This document shows, piece by piece, positions 21,308-30,355 of a stretch of DNA of 53,929 bases; within the stretch, counting starts at the first letter, position 1; each line of letters opens with the position of its first letter. Below the pieces are notes generated by a model, which saw only the letters and a program-made list of their open reading frames with translations, was not told where the DNA came from and made no database searches. The stretch lies in the sequence record SRR31156797_3530; one strand, written 5' to 3'. Made by a program: the position numbers and the translations under genes.

Positions 21308-21946
21308 ATGGATCAAAAAAATATTTTTACAAAAGAGTTCTACGAGCATTATGCTAAAATATGCCTAGAATATACATATGATAAAAAATACAGCTCAATG
21401 ATAAAGGCTGAATGCCCTGACTGGCAGTGCCCTGATTTGGACATTGGTGTTGAAGTAACTCAAGGTATTAGTAAAAGCAAGGGGCATTCCAGAGCAGTAA
21501 TGGCATCATATTTTGGCAAAGGCTATCCTGATAAGTATATACCTCAGGAGATATATGAGCCTCATACATTTAATTACACTTTTGACAGCTCTTTTGACAG
21601 CTTTGTTGATATATCCGGCAAACAGGTTTCAAAGGCTTATTTAAGCAAAACAATAAAGCTAAATAGTCACTACAATATTTTTAATTCCAATCAACTTTTT
21701 ATATACGCATTCAAATCGCTTTCAAAAAACGATTTATTTAAGTGCTTTCAAGTTGATTTAAGCAAATTCCGTTTGAATTTTGATTTATGTTATATCAACT
21801 GTATCGATCAAATGTATGTATGCGATTTTGTAAAAGGAGTGATTGTAGATACAGTGCAGTTTGATTTACCAGAATTAATTTGGATAAAAATGCAAGCTAT
21901 TAAGCATAGTTCATACCCAGAAGATAAGAAAAAAGCAAAAGAATAA
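21308..21946 (+). CDS. Hypothetical protein, possible PD-(D/E)xK-like fold
   Basis: 212-aa ORF with E...ECPDW...IGVEVT; upstream TTGCAA-N16-TATAAT. Confidence 0.55.
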   Translation: MDQKNIFTKEFYEHYAKICLEYTYDKKYSSMIKAECPDWQCPDLDIGVEVTQGISKSKGHSRAVMASYFGKGYPDKYIPQEIYEPHTFNYTFDSSFDSFVDISGKQVSKAYLSKTIKLNSHYNIFNSNQLFIYAFKSLSKNDLFKCFQVDLSKFRLNFDLCYINCIDQMYVCDFVKGVIVDTVQFDLPELIWIKMQAIKHSSYPEDKKKAKE

Positions 21947-22140
21947 GAAGACAATCAGGTGGCGGATTGTCTCCTTTGATTATGAAATGAACCACATAGT
22001 GTATTTACAATACAAATTAAGAAGTATAATAATTATATGTAGTTCCATTTTTCTTATTTATCTTCAGCAATCATATAGATACCATCTCTTTGAATAATGG
22101 CAACTATACAGTAATTCTCTGCAAATGCACTAATATTATA
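21940..22140 (-). ncRNA. Candidate structured non-coding RNA
   Basis: Three stems whose mismatches are G-U on the minus strand and A-C on the plus strand; TATAAT at 22135-22140 (minus); ends in a terminator-like hairpin. Confidence 0.35.
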
Positions 22141-22320
22141 TATCAGCATTCTTTTCCACTAATCAAATTTATTATCTCTATATTACTATTATAAGCTATT
22201 TCTTAGTAAGCTAAATTAGATATTTTTAATATTTTTTATACGAATTATTTATTATTGAGTAGAAATAAGCAAAAAAGTAACCATAAATTTCAAAATTTAA
22301 TTATTCTAGTTTAGACACAC

Positions 22321-22353
22321 AAAAAAGCTGTACAGCTAATATCTGTTACAGCT
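22321..22353 (-). terminator. Terminator of rpsT
   Basis: AGCTGTAACAG-N7-CTGTACAGCT followed by a T run on the minus strand. Confidence 0.65.
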
Positions 22354-22383
22354 AATTATTAATGTAAATTAATTATGTGCTAA

Positions 22384-22641
22384 TTATGCTTTCGCAACTT
22401 TTTTTGCCAATTGTGACTTTTTGCGATTGGCAGCATTTTTATGAATAACGCCTTTTGAAACAGCACCATCTACAGCTTTAATAGTTTCACTTAATACAGC
22501 TTGCAGATTATCATCCTTAGCTTCCAATGCAGCGTCAAATTTCTTTATTTGAGTCTTCAGAGCTGATTTAACCCTACGATTTTCCAAGTTTTGTCTAGCG
22601 GTTACTTCAATTCTCTTTTCAGCAGACTTATGATTTGCCAT
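22384..22641 (-). CDS. rpsT: 30S ribosomal protein S20
   Basis: MANHKSAEKR and KGVIHKNAANRKKS; AAGGAGG RBS. Confidence 0.97.
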   Translation of the reverse strand: MANHKSAEKRIEVTARQNLENRRVKSALKTQIKKFDAALEAKDDNLQAVLSETIKAVDGAVSKGVIHKNAANRKKSQLAKKVAKA

Positions 22642-22872
22642 CTATGCCATCCTCCTTGTCGATGTTTAGCCTTTGAATTGTACCATTATACAATATTAAT
22701 TGCAAGTATTAATTTCATTATTGATAAAAATAATTATACTATTAATCAGATTCATAAATCTAACTACAGCTATTATTGAATGCTAGAATATATACGAAAT
22801 ACTATAAGACTATCAATATTTTAATGACAAATATTCCTTTTATTATATTAGATTTTACTATATAATACTTCT

Positions 22873-24177
22873 ATGGAATTAAGCAATAATAAAAGACTGG
22901 TCATTCATATATTGATTATTGTACTGTCCATATTGATTTTTTTGCTTAGTCAATATGTCTACTACAAAAGAGTGACCGATGAGAGCAAAATACTAATAGG
23001 TGTATATATCAGTAATCTTTACGTAGGTGAAATGACCTATGACGAGGCAATTAAGGCAGTTGATGACAATCTCAAGGACAGGGTTCTAGACAGCAACATA
23101 ATAGTAGTAAATGATAATGTTGAGCTTACTATAGCTTCAGGGGATGTATCCGATTTTAATGAAGATGCTCTGGTACAGCAGGCATTTGCTATCGGAAGAG
23201 ATGAGAACAGTTTTAATGAATACCTGAATGTATTACGTATAAAGTTTATTCCTATGCACGTTGATACTTTAGCATCCGTCAATTATGAAAAAATATATGA
23301 AATTCTTGAGACTAATAAGGATTTGTTTCTTATTGATGCAATAAATGCAGATATACAGGAATTAATAATAGAAGACAACAATGTACAGGTAATAGTCTCC
23401 CCTAGTTCGAATGGATACGAACTGGATATTGAAAAAACTGCAGAAATTGTTCAGGATGGTTTTATCAATGGGGATTCTCATGTTTTTGCTTCAATGAGAG
23501 TATTAGAACCGGAGAGAACAACCCAGCATATGATGAGTATGACCAATGAGCCATGTACATTAAGGCAGGCATTTGCGATAAGCGAAGACAGCAATATGGC
23601 ATTTGACTTTCAGGAGGCAGACAGCATAATGGAACCTGTTGTTGTATCTCCGGGTGAATCCATTAGCATAAAGGAATATATAGAATATGATTTCTTTGAG
23701 CCGTATAATATAAATGTAAAAAACCTGCATATCCCAACCATTATCTATATGTCAGCGATACAGGTAGGGCTAAACGTCACTGAACATCATTCTGCTGATG
23801 AAATCACTACTGATATGGCGATATATTCTTTAGGCCAGGAAGCAGTTCTAGATTATGATAAAGACCTAGTTATTGAAAACAACTTTGAAAATCCAATAGT
23901 TATCAATCTTAGCTACAGCAGAGATTACTACGCTCATCAATTAGTATGCAGTATTTATACAGCTCAAAAATACAATGATACATACCTAAAAAGTATAATT
24001 ACAGCAAAAGATTTAAAATATAATGTTAAAGTGTATAGAATGCATATAAACGATACAGGCGGTTTTCTCTATAGTACGTTAGTTGGAGAATACTCCTATC
24101 CTGTTCCGCCAGAACCAATTATAGTTGAAGAAGAAACAGACGACGAGACTAACGAAACGACTGAGGAAAGTAATTAA
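22873..24177 (+). CDS. Membrane-anchored YoaR/VanW-like protein (PG-binding-4 plus degenerate VanW domain)
   Basis: N-terminal TM; GVYISNLYVGEMT..EA; PSSNGYELD; VVSPGESIS; LNVTEHH; DLVIENNFENPIVI. Confidence 0.6.
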   Translation: MELSNNKRLVIHILIIVLSILIFLLSQYVYYKRVTDESKILIGVYISNLYVGEMTYDEAIKAVDDNLKDRVLDSNIIVVNDNVELTIASGDVSDFNEDALVQQAFAIGRDENSFNEYLNVLRIKFIPMHVDTLASVNYEKIYEILETNKDLFLIDAINADIQELIIEDNNVQVIVSPSSNGYELDIEKTAEIVQDGFINGDSHVFASMRVLEPERTTQHMMSMTNEPCTLRQAFAISEDSNMAFDFQEADSIMEPVVVSPGESISIKEYIEYDFFEPYNINVKNLHIPTIIYMSAIQVGLNVTEHHSADEITTDMAIYSLGQEAVLDYDKDLVIENNFENPIVINLSYSRDYYAHQLVCSIYTAQKYNDTYLKSIITAKDLKYNVKVYRMHINDTGGFLYSTLVGEYSYPVPPEPIIVEEETDDETNETTEESN

Positions 24178-24229
24178 GCTATATTAGTTTTACTCAATAT
24201 AGATTTTCATAAAGAAAGGTGATAATACA

Positions 24230-24724
24230 ATGATTATGAATGACAAAAAAGAAGAAATCCTAGAGATTCTAAGCGAAAACGCTCTGACACCACTTAGTGA
24301 TATGGCATTAATGCTGGGTTTAGATGAGGCGACAGTCGCGACATATATAGATGAATTAAAGCGAGATAACGTTATTGTAAAATATCATGCTATGATAAAT
24401 TGGGATAAAACTGATTCTCGTGGGGTTGAATCAATTATAGAAGTCAAAGTCACTCCACAAAGAGACAGAGGCTTCGAGGCCATTGCAAAACGCATATATA
24501 GATTTGATGAAGTAAAAAGTGTATACCTGATGTCAGGTACATATGACCTGATGGTACTTGTAACAGGCTCTTCCCTCCATCAAGTTGCATCCTTTGTTTC
24601 AGAAAAGCTTTCAACAATTGACGGCGTAATATCAACAGCAACACACTTTGTTCTAAAACGCTATAAGGATGATGGGGTAATCATGGACGAAAATGATGAC
24701 GAAAGGCTGGCTGTAACACCGTGA
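24230..24724 (+). CDS. Lrp/AsnC-family regulator (YugG/AlaR-like)
   Basis: N-terminal HTH; LMSGTYDL and STATHFVLKRYK; overlaps the aminotransferase start. Confidence 0.88.
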   Translation: MIMNDKKEEILEILSENALTPLSDMALMLGLDEATVATYIDELKRDNVIVKYHAMINWDKTDSRGVESIIEVKVTPQRDRGFEAIAKRIYRFDEVKSVYLMSGTYDLMVLVTGSSLHQVASFVSEKLSTIDGVISTATHFVLKRYKDDGVIMDENDDERLAVTP

Positions 24725-25911
24725 GTATGATTAAATATGTAAATAAAACTGTTTGCGATATTCCCCCAAGCGGGATAAGAAAATTCTTTGATATAGTAAC
24801 AGAGATGGAGGACGCAATAAGCTTAGGTGTTGGCGAGCCTGACTTTGTTACTCCATGGAATATACGTGAAGCAGCTATCTACTCATTAGAGGAAGGGGAA
24901 ACACACTACACCTCTAACTGGGGGATATTAAAATTAAGACGATTAGTATCAGATTATATTAGCTATAGATATTCTCTAGGCTATAATCCAAAGGAAGAAG
25001 TACTTATAACAATTGGTGCAAGCGAAGGCATAGACTTGGCTCTGCGTGCAATCATTACCCCTGGAGAAGAAGTCATGATACCCGAGCCGTCATACGTCAG
25101 TTATTCACCTGGTGTGCTACTTGCTGGCGGTACTCCTGTACCAATCGTAACCAATGCTGATAATAAATTCAAAACTACTGCCAAGGCTCTGGAAGCAGCA
25201 ATATCTGACAAAACAAAAGCAATTATATTTCCATACCCTAATAATCCAACCGGCGGCATAATGACACGTGAGGACTTGGAGAGCATAGTTGAAGTATTTA
25301 GAAAACATAAAGATATAATAATAATAGCTGATGAAATATATGCAGAACTAACCTACACAGATAAGCCTCATGCATCATTAGCTCAGTTCCCAGAACTAAA
25401 GGACAGAGTAATACTATTATCCGGCTTCTCTAAGGCATTCGCTATGACCGGCTGGAGAATGGGATTTGCATGCGGTCACAAGGACTTTATCGCTGCGATG
25501 GTTAAAATTCACCAATATACGATGCTCTGTGCTCCAATAACCAGCCAGATGGCATCTATTGAAGCTATACAGCAAGGCATGCAGGATAATTTTGCCAGCA
25601 TTCAAAAGATGAAAAGGGCTTATAATAGACGCAGACGCTTAGTTGTAAAGAGATTTAATGATATGGGCTTAGAATGCTTTGAGCCAGAGGGAGCGTTCTA
25701 TGTATTTCCATCTATAAAGTCTACAGGGCTTACCAGTATGGAATTTTGCACACAGCTATTAGAATCCCAAAAAGTAGCAGTAGTACCCGGTACTGCCTTT
25801 GGTGCATGCGGAGAGGGACATATACGTTGCTCTTACGCATATTCTATTGAGAATATCAATGAAGCTCTTGATAGGATCCAGCTCTTTTTAGAAGAATTAA
25901 AAATGAAATAG
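24721..25911 (+). CDS. Class I/II PLP aminotransferase (YugH/AlaT-like)
   Basis: LGVGEPDF, PNNPTG, DEIY and SKAFAMTGWRMG. Confidence 0.92.
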   Translation: MSMIKYVNKTVCDIPPSGIRKFFDIVTEMEDAISLGVGEPDFVTPWNIREAAIYSLEEGETHYTSNWGILKLRRLVSDYISYRYSLGYNPKEEVLITIGASEGIDLALRAIITPGEEVMIPEPSYVSYSPGVLLAGGTPVPIVTNADNKFKTTAKALEAAISDKTKAIIFPYPNNPTGGIMTREDLESIVEVFRKHKDIIIIADEIYAELTYTDKPHASLAQFPELKDRVILLSGFSKAFAMTGWRMGFACGHKDFIAAMVKIHQYTMLCAPITSQMASIEAIQQGMQDNFASIQKMKRAYNRRRRLVVKRFNDMGLECFEPEGAFYVFPSIKSTGLTSMEFCTQLLESQKVAVVPGTAFGACGEGHIRCSYAYSIENINEALDRIQLFLEELKMK

Positions 25912-25920
25912 GATGATATA

Positions 25921-26493
25921 ATGCAGGAAAACATGCAAGTTAAACAACCACCTAAGAAAGTTATATTTGTAAATAAGAAAAAACCAATAATTACTTACAT
26001 AATAATAGCACTGTGTTCTGCAGTATTTATCGCTGACCAGATAACTGGGAAAATAGCATTAGGTTATTTTCATTATTACTTGCTTTCGGTATTGGGCATG
26101 AAAATAAACGAATACATTTCAGCAGGACTTATGGGCACTTTAGGTTCCTATGCCTTCTCTGATGCCAATGGTTTAGGTGCATCAGGTGCAGTCTATGGAG
26201 TCCTTGGCTCAATGCTTTATTTCTACAAATATGACAGAGAGCTATTCAAAAAAATATTCGGAACACAATTTCTATTCTTTCTAGTAATTTCTCTAGGCTA
26301 TGGATTCTTTGTTGACTATATAGACAATGTAGCCCACTTCGCAGGACTTTTGGGAGGATTCCTGATATCAGGTTACTTAGGAATGCTAACTGAACAGGTA
26401 ACTCATACAAAAACAAGTAGTAGATATGTATATCTGGCAGTTTATATTCTGCTGACAATAGTTTTTGGAGGAATCGGATATGTTCTCACTTAA
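25921..26493 (+). CDS. Rhomboid intramembrane protease, apparently with an internal in-frame deletion
   Basis: GASG catalytic motif and AHFAG His are present; the WR loop and HxxxN/TM2 region are absent. Confidence 0.75.
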   Translation: MQENMQVKQPPKKVIFVNKKKPIITYIIIALCSAVFIADQITGKIALGYFHYYLLSVLGMKINEYISAGLMGTLGSYAFSDANGLGASGAVYGVLGSMLYFYKYDRELFKKIFGTQFLFFLVISLGYGFFVDYIDNVAHFAGLLGGFLISGYLGMLTEQVTHTKTSSRYVYLAVYILLTIVFGGIGYVLT

Positions 26494-27598
26494 TGACAAT
26501 AATGTACTTGTTGTACCCTGCAAAGATTATGAGAGAGATACTGTAGCAAATGCTTTTGATGAAATTTTCTTATATTTTTGCAAAGATGAATTCCGTGATA
26601 AAAAAATCTACCTAAAACCCAATATACTGCGAGGTGCACCCAAAGAAAGTGCAACAACTACCCATCCAGAGGTGATATACCATCTGGCAAAGTATCTGAA
26701 GGAGGCTGGTGCTCATGTACTATGCGGTGATTCACCGAATTTTGTAACAATAGAGAGTATGCTAAACAATATCTACTCCATTACAGGAATAAAAGGAGCA
26801 ATGGATGAATTAGGCATACAAATGGATACTGATATATCATCTGTCAGAGTAGAGGGCGGTAAATATTTATCCAGCTTTCGTATGCTAAAAACTATTCATG
26901 ACAGCGATATTGTAATAAATCTGCCAAAGGCAAAAACCCATGCATTCACTGGTTATACTGGCTGTGTAAAAAACCTATTCGGCATTATCCCCGGTCCTGT
27001 AAAGGGAGAAATGCATTTCAAATACCCTTCTGACAAGAAATTCTGCGGAGCAATGATAGATATCTGCAATACTGTAAACGCTGGACTGCATATAGTAGAT
27101 GCCGTAATAGGAATGGAAGGTCACGGACCTTCAAGCGGTGACCCAAAGTTCTTAGGGGCATTAGTTGCAGGCAAGAATCCATATGCTGTAGATGAAGTTG
27201 TAGTAAAAATGATGAGGCTAAACAAAGATAGTATTCCCCAGATTGACAAAGCCAGAGATGATAATCTGACACCACCTATAGACCAAATCAATATACTTGG
27301 TGCAAGTCTAGAAAGCATAATGAGCCAAACTACCTACTTCAAAGCAGGAGTACATTCCAGAAACAAATGGCAGCGACTTTTCAAAACTTTTCTGCCAGAG
27401 AAAATATTCAACATAGTAAAATCCAAACCATATATTCAGGATAACTGCGTAAAGTGCGGAATATGCAAGGAAGCTTGTCCTCCAAAGGTAATTACTATGG
27501 GAGAAAAAAAGGCTGAAATCAACTATAAAGATTGCATCAAATGCTACTGCTGTCAGGAGCTATGCCCTGCTAAAGCAATAAAAATAGGCAAAAATTAG
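26480..27598 (+). CDS. DUF362-family protein with C-terminal 2x[4Fe-4S] ferredoxin domain
   Basis: LKPN, TTHPEV, NLPKAKTH, KNLFG and MEGHGPS; CxxCxxCxxxCP twice. GGAGG RBS before the ATG at 26480. Confidence 0.85.
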   Translation: MFSLNDNNVLVVPCKDYERDTVANAFDEIFLYFCKDEFRDKKIYLKPNILRGAPKESATTTHPEVIYHLAKYLKEAGAHVLCGDSPNFVTIESMLNNIYSITGIKGAMDELGIQMDTDISSVRVEGGKYLSSFRMLKTIHDSDIVINLPKAKTHAFTGYTGCVKNLFGIIPGPVKGEMHFKYPSDKKFCGAMIDICNTVNAGLHIVDAVIGMEGHGPSSGDPKFLGALVAGKNPYAVDEVVVKMMRLNKDSIPQIDKARDDNLTPPIDQINILGASLESIMSQTTYFKAGVHSRNKWQRLFKTFLPEKIFNIVKSKPYIQDNCVKCGICKEACPPKVITMGEKKAEINYKDCIKCYCCQELCPAKAIKIGKN

Positions 27599-27607
27599 AG
27601 GGGTAAA

Positions 27608-28090
27608 ATGAATAGTCCTATAATCCAAAAAGCTATAAATATTATCGGCGATGCAACACCGCTTAATTACGACTGTGGTAAACTATGCAATCATGCATGC
27701 TGTGTATCAGAAGGATATATGCTGGTAATTCCCGGCGAAATGGACAGACTAAAGGATAAGGGCTATAAATTTTCAAAGAAAGATATGATAAGCTATGGCA
27801 TGGTTGATACTATCACCTGCAATGGTACCTGCAATAGAGATGACAGACCGTATTCATGTTTCATATTCCCCTTGGCTCCAAAAATAATAGATGATAAGGT
27901 GTTTGTCCGTCTGGATGCAAGAGGACGTTCAGTCTGCCCCCTGTGCCATCAGAGCATAAGAGGTCTAAATAGTAATTTCGTCAAAGCAGTTAAAAAGAGT
28001 TTGCAGTACCTATACGAACAACAGGAAACTCACGAAATGATAATTGCACTATCAGAATTGGTTGACATGTACGAAGCCCCTTTCCTATAA
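27608..28090 (+). CDS. Cys-rich putative Zn/Fe-binding protein (YkgJ/CxxCxxCC-like)
   Basis: DCGKLCNHACC, CNGTC...RPYSCFIFP and CPL. Confidence 0.6.
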   Translation: MNSPIIQKAINIIGDATPLNYDCGKLCNHACCVSEGYMLVIPGEMDRLKDKGYKFSKKDMISYGMVDTITCNGTCNRDDRPYSCFIFPLAPKIIDDKVFVRLDARGRSVCPLCHQSIRGLNSNFVKAVKKSLQYLYEQQETHEMIIALSELVDMYEAPFL

Positions 28091-28145
28091 CCTGAAAAAA
28101 TGATATCATATTAGGTAGATAACAAAACAATATGAGGAGGATGTT

Positions 28146-28883
28146 ATGGCAGAAAATAAACTAATACCAACACCGCATATAAATGCAAAAGAGGGAGAAA
28201 TAGCAAAGACTGTGCTGATGCCCGGTGATCCTCTGCGTGCAAAATATATTGCAGAGAGTTTCTTGGAAGATATCGTATGCTTCAACAGCGTTCGTGGAAT
28301 GCTAGGATATACCGGTACATACAAAGGACAAAAAATATCAGTTATGGGTTCTGGAATGGGTATGCCTTCTATAGGTATATATTCATATGAACTATATAAA
28401 TTCTACGGTGTGGAAAATATCATTAGAGTCGGTTCATGTGGTTCTTATGATGCAGATTTAGAGGTATATGAAGTAATCCTAGTAAAGGGTGCTTTCTCCC
28501 GCTCAACATACGCCAAATGTCAGCAGGGGATAGATGATGATACCATATATCCAAGTAAAAAAATTAATGCAGTTGTAGTGGAAACTGCAAAAGATTTGAA
28601 TATTGGCATACATACCGAAATAATACACTCCAGTGATGTATTCTATGCTCAGGAAGATGAAATCAAAGAATTAGGACGTATTATTGAAGAAAGAGAATTA
28701 AAAGCTGTTGAAATGGAATCCTTCGCTCTATTTGCTAATGCAAAAATTCTAGGTAAAAATGCAGCATGTATTCTGACGGTTTCTGATAATATTGTAACAG
28801 GCACTTTAACAACATCAGAAGAACGGCAAAAGACTTTTACGAAAATGATGGAGCTTGCTTTGGAGTCTTCGCTTAGGTTTTAG
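28146..28883 (+). CDS. deoD: Purine-nucleoside phosphorylase (DeoD type)
   Basis: TPHI, MPGDPLRA, GMGMPS, RVGSCG and VEMES. Confidence 0.95.
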   Translation: MAENKLIPTPHINAKEGEIAKTVLMPGDPLRAKYIAESFLEDIVCFNSVRGMLGYTGTYKGQKISVMGSGMGMPSIGIYSYELYKFYGVENIIRVGSCGSYDADLEVYEVILVKGAFSRSTYAKCQQGIDDDTIYPSKKINAVVVETAKDLNIGIHTEIIHSSDVFYAQEDEIKELGRIIEERELKAVEMESFALFANAKILGKNAACILTVSDNIVTGTLTTSEERQKTFTKMMELALESSLRF

Positions 28884-28891
28884 GTGATGTT

Positions 28892-29632
28892 ATGATAAAA
28901 ACTCTAATTTGCTATTTTTCAGGAAACGGTAATAGTTACGATGTTGCAATTGAGCTGGGAAACAATCTTCAGGGAGCTATGCTGAAATACATTCCAAAAG
29001 CTAATCCCAGCATTACCGAAAATTATGAAGAAATAATAATTGTAACTCCCGTATATGCTTTCAATGTTCCTAGTGTGGTACAGGATTTTATAAGCGGTAT
29101 CAAAAAGGGGGCAAAATATCATGTAGTATTTTGTTGTGCTGGTATACTGGGAAAATCGAAAGATACTATAAAAACTTTGTCCAGAAGGCGTGACTTAGTG
29201 CTGTTGGATATGCACAAAATAGTAATGCCATCTACATTTACCACAATGATAAGGTATCCAGAATCTCTTACCAAATTGATTCTAAAACGTTCACGAAAAA
29301 TGATATATAAAGCAGCAAAGTCAATATCAAATAATGAAAATGAAACTGTTTCACTCAAAGGAACAAAACGTGTGCTAAGTGAAGTTGATCCATTTGTTTC
29401 ATTCTCAGACGGTCTAGAATCCAGCAAAAGATGTGTCAAATGCGGACACTGCATAGCCATTTGTCCTAGAAACAACATAGAATTTAAGCATGATGAGCTT
29501 ATCTTTTCCAATAAGTGTATTTCATGCTATGCATGTATCAATCGGTGCCCTGAAAATGCAATAGAATACAACGGCAAAAGAATCAAACAGTATGTTAACC
29601 CAAATGTCGACCTCTCAAGGATGATTAAATAA
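28892..29632 (+). CDS. EFR1-like flavodoxin-ferredoxin fusion
   Basis: YFSGNGNS and PVYAF; two C-terminal CxxCxxCxxxCP motifs. Confidence 0.82.
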   Translation: MIKTLICYFSGNGNSYDVAIELGNNLQGAMLKYIPKANPSITENYEEIIIVTPVYAFNVPSVVQDFISGIKKGAKYHVVFCCAGILGKSKDTIKTLSRRRDLVLLDMHKIVMPSTFTTMIRYPESLTKLILKRSRKMIYKAAKSISNNENETVSLKGTKRVLSEVDPFVSFSDGLESSKRCVKCGHCIAICPRNNIEFKHDELIFSNKCISCYACINRCPENAIEYNGKRIKQYVNPNVDLSRMIK

Positions 29633-29739
29633 AGCCACCATATAAGTATGCAAATTATTAATAATTATAATTCAGAATGATAAACTACTATACACAGTAT
29701 AAAGACTAATATATGAATAACTTACGTAAGGAGAAGTAT

Positions 29740-30279
29740 ATGAAAAAGGCAATGATACTAATTGATTATATTTATGATTTTGTGGCAGATGATGGTGCAT
29801 TAACAGCTGGCAAACCTGCACAGGCTATAAAGGGTAATATTGAGGAAGCGATATCTTCACTTGATACAGATGATATATTAATTGTAGCAAATGACCTCCA
29901 CGATATGTCCATCCCCCACCCTGAGCACAAGCTGTTTCCACCTCATGCACTTGCTGGAACTAAGGGCAGAGATAATATAGTACAGGATGTAATTGATAGC
30001 ACAAAAGCAAAAGTTATTTATCTTGACAAAACCAGATATTCAGCATTTTTTAATACAGGATTAGATACAATTCTAAAAGATTTGAAGATTAATGATATCT
30101 ATCTAGCAGGTGTGTGTACAGATATCTGTGTATTGCACACAGCTGTAGATGCCTACAACCTAGACTATAATACTAAAGTATTAGAGAACTGCGTAGCTTC
30201 ATTTGATGAAAACGGACATAAAACAGCACTTGGTCATTTCAAGGGAAGTCTAGGATTTGATTTGGTGGATAAAATATAA
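29740..30279 (+). CDS. Isochorismatase-family cysteine hydrolase (nicotinamidase-like)
   Basis: LIDY, DLH, HPE..LFPPH, KTRYSAF and GVCTDICV; AAGGAG RBS. Confidence 0.88.
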   Translation: MKKAMILIDYIYDFVADDGALTAGKPAQAIKGNIEEAISSLDTDDILIVANDLHDMSIPHPEHKLFPPHALAGTKGRDNIVQDVIDSTKAKVIYLDKTRYSAFFNTGLDTILKDLKINDIYLAGVCTDICVLHTAVDAYNLDYNTKVLENCVASFDENGHKTALGHFKGSLGFDLVDKI

Positions 30280-30301
30280 ATAAGATATAAATAAGCATAA
30301 T

Positions 30302-30338
30302 AAAAAGGAATTCATCGTTTAATCATGAATTCCTTTTT
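30302..30338. terminator. Bidirectional terminator
   Basis: AAAAAGGAATTCAT-N9-ATGAATTCCTTTTT between convergent genes. Confidence 0.8.
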
Positions 30339-30355
30339 TATTCAATAAAATTCTC

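Noticed and set aside
22060..22125. AGAGA and GCUGAAG motifs suggesting a T-box or glycine riboswitch
   Set aside because: No GGUGGnACC antiterminator, no CUCUCAGG-like partner, and no adjacent downstream gene on that strand.
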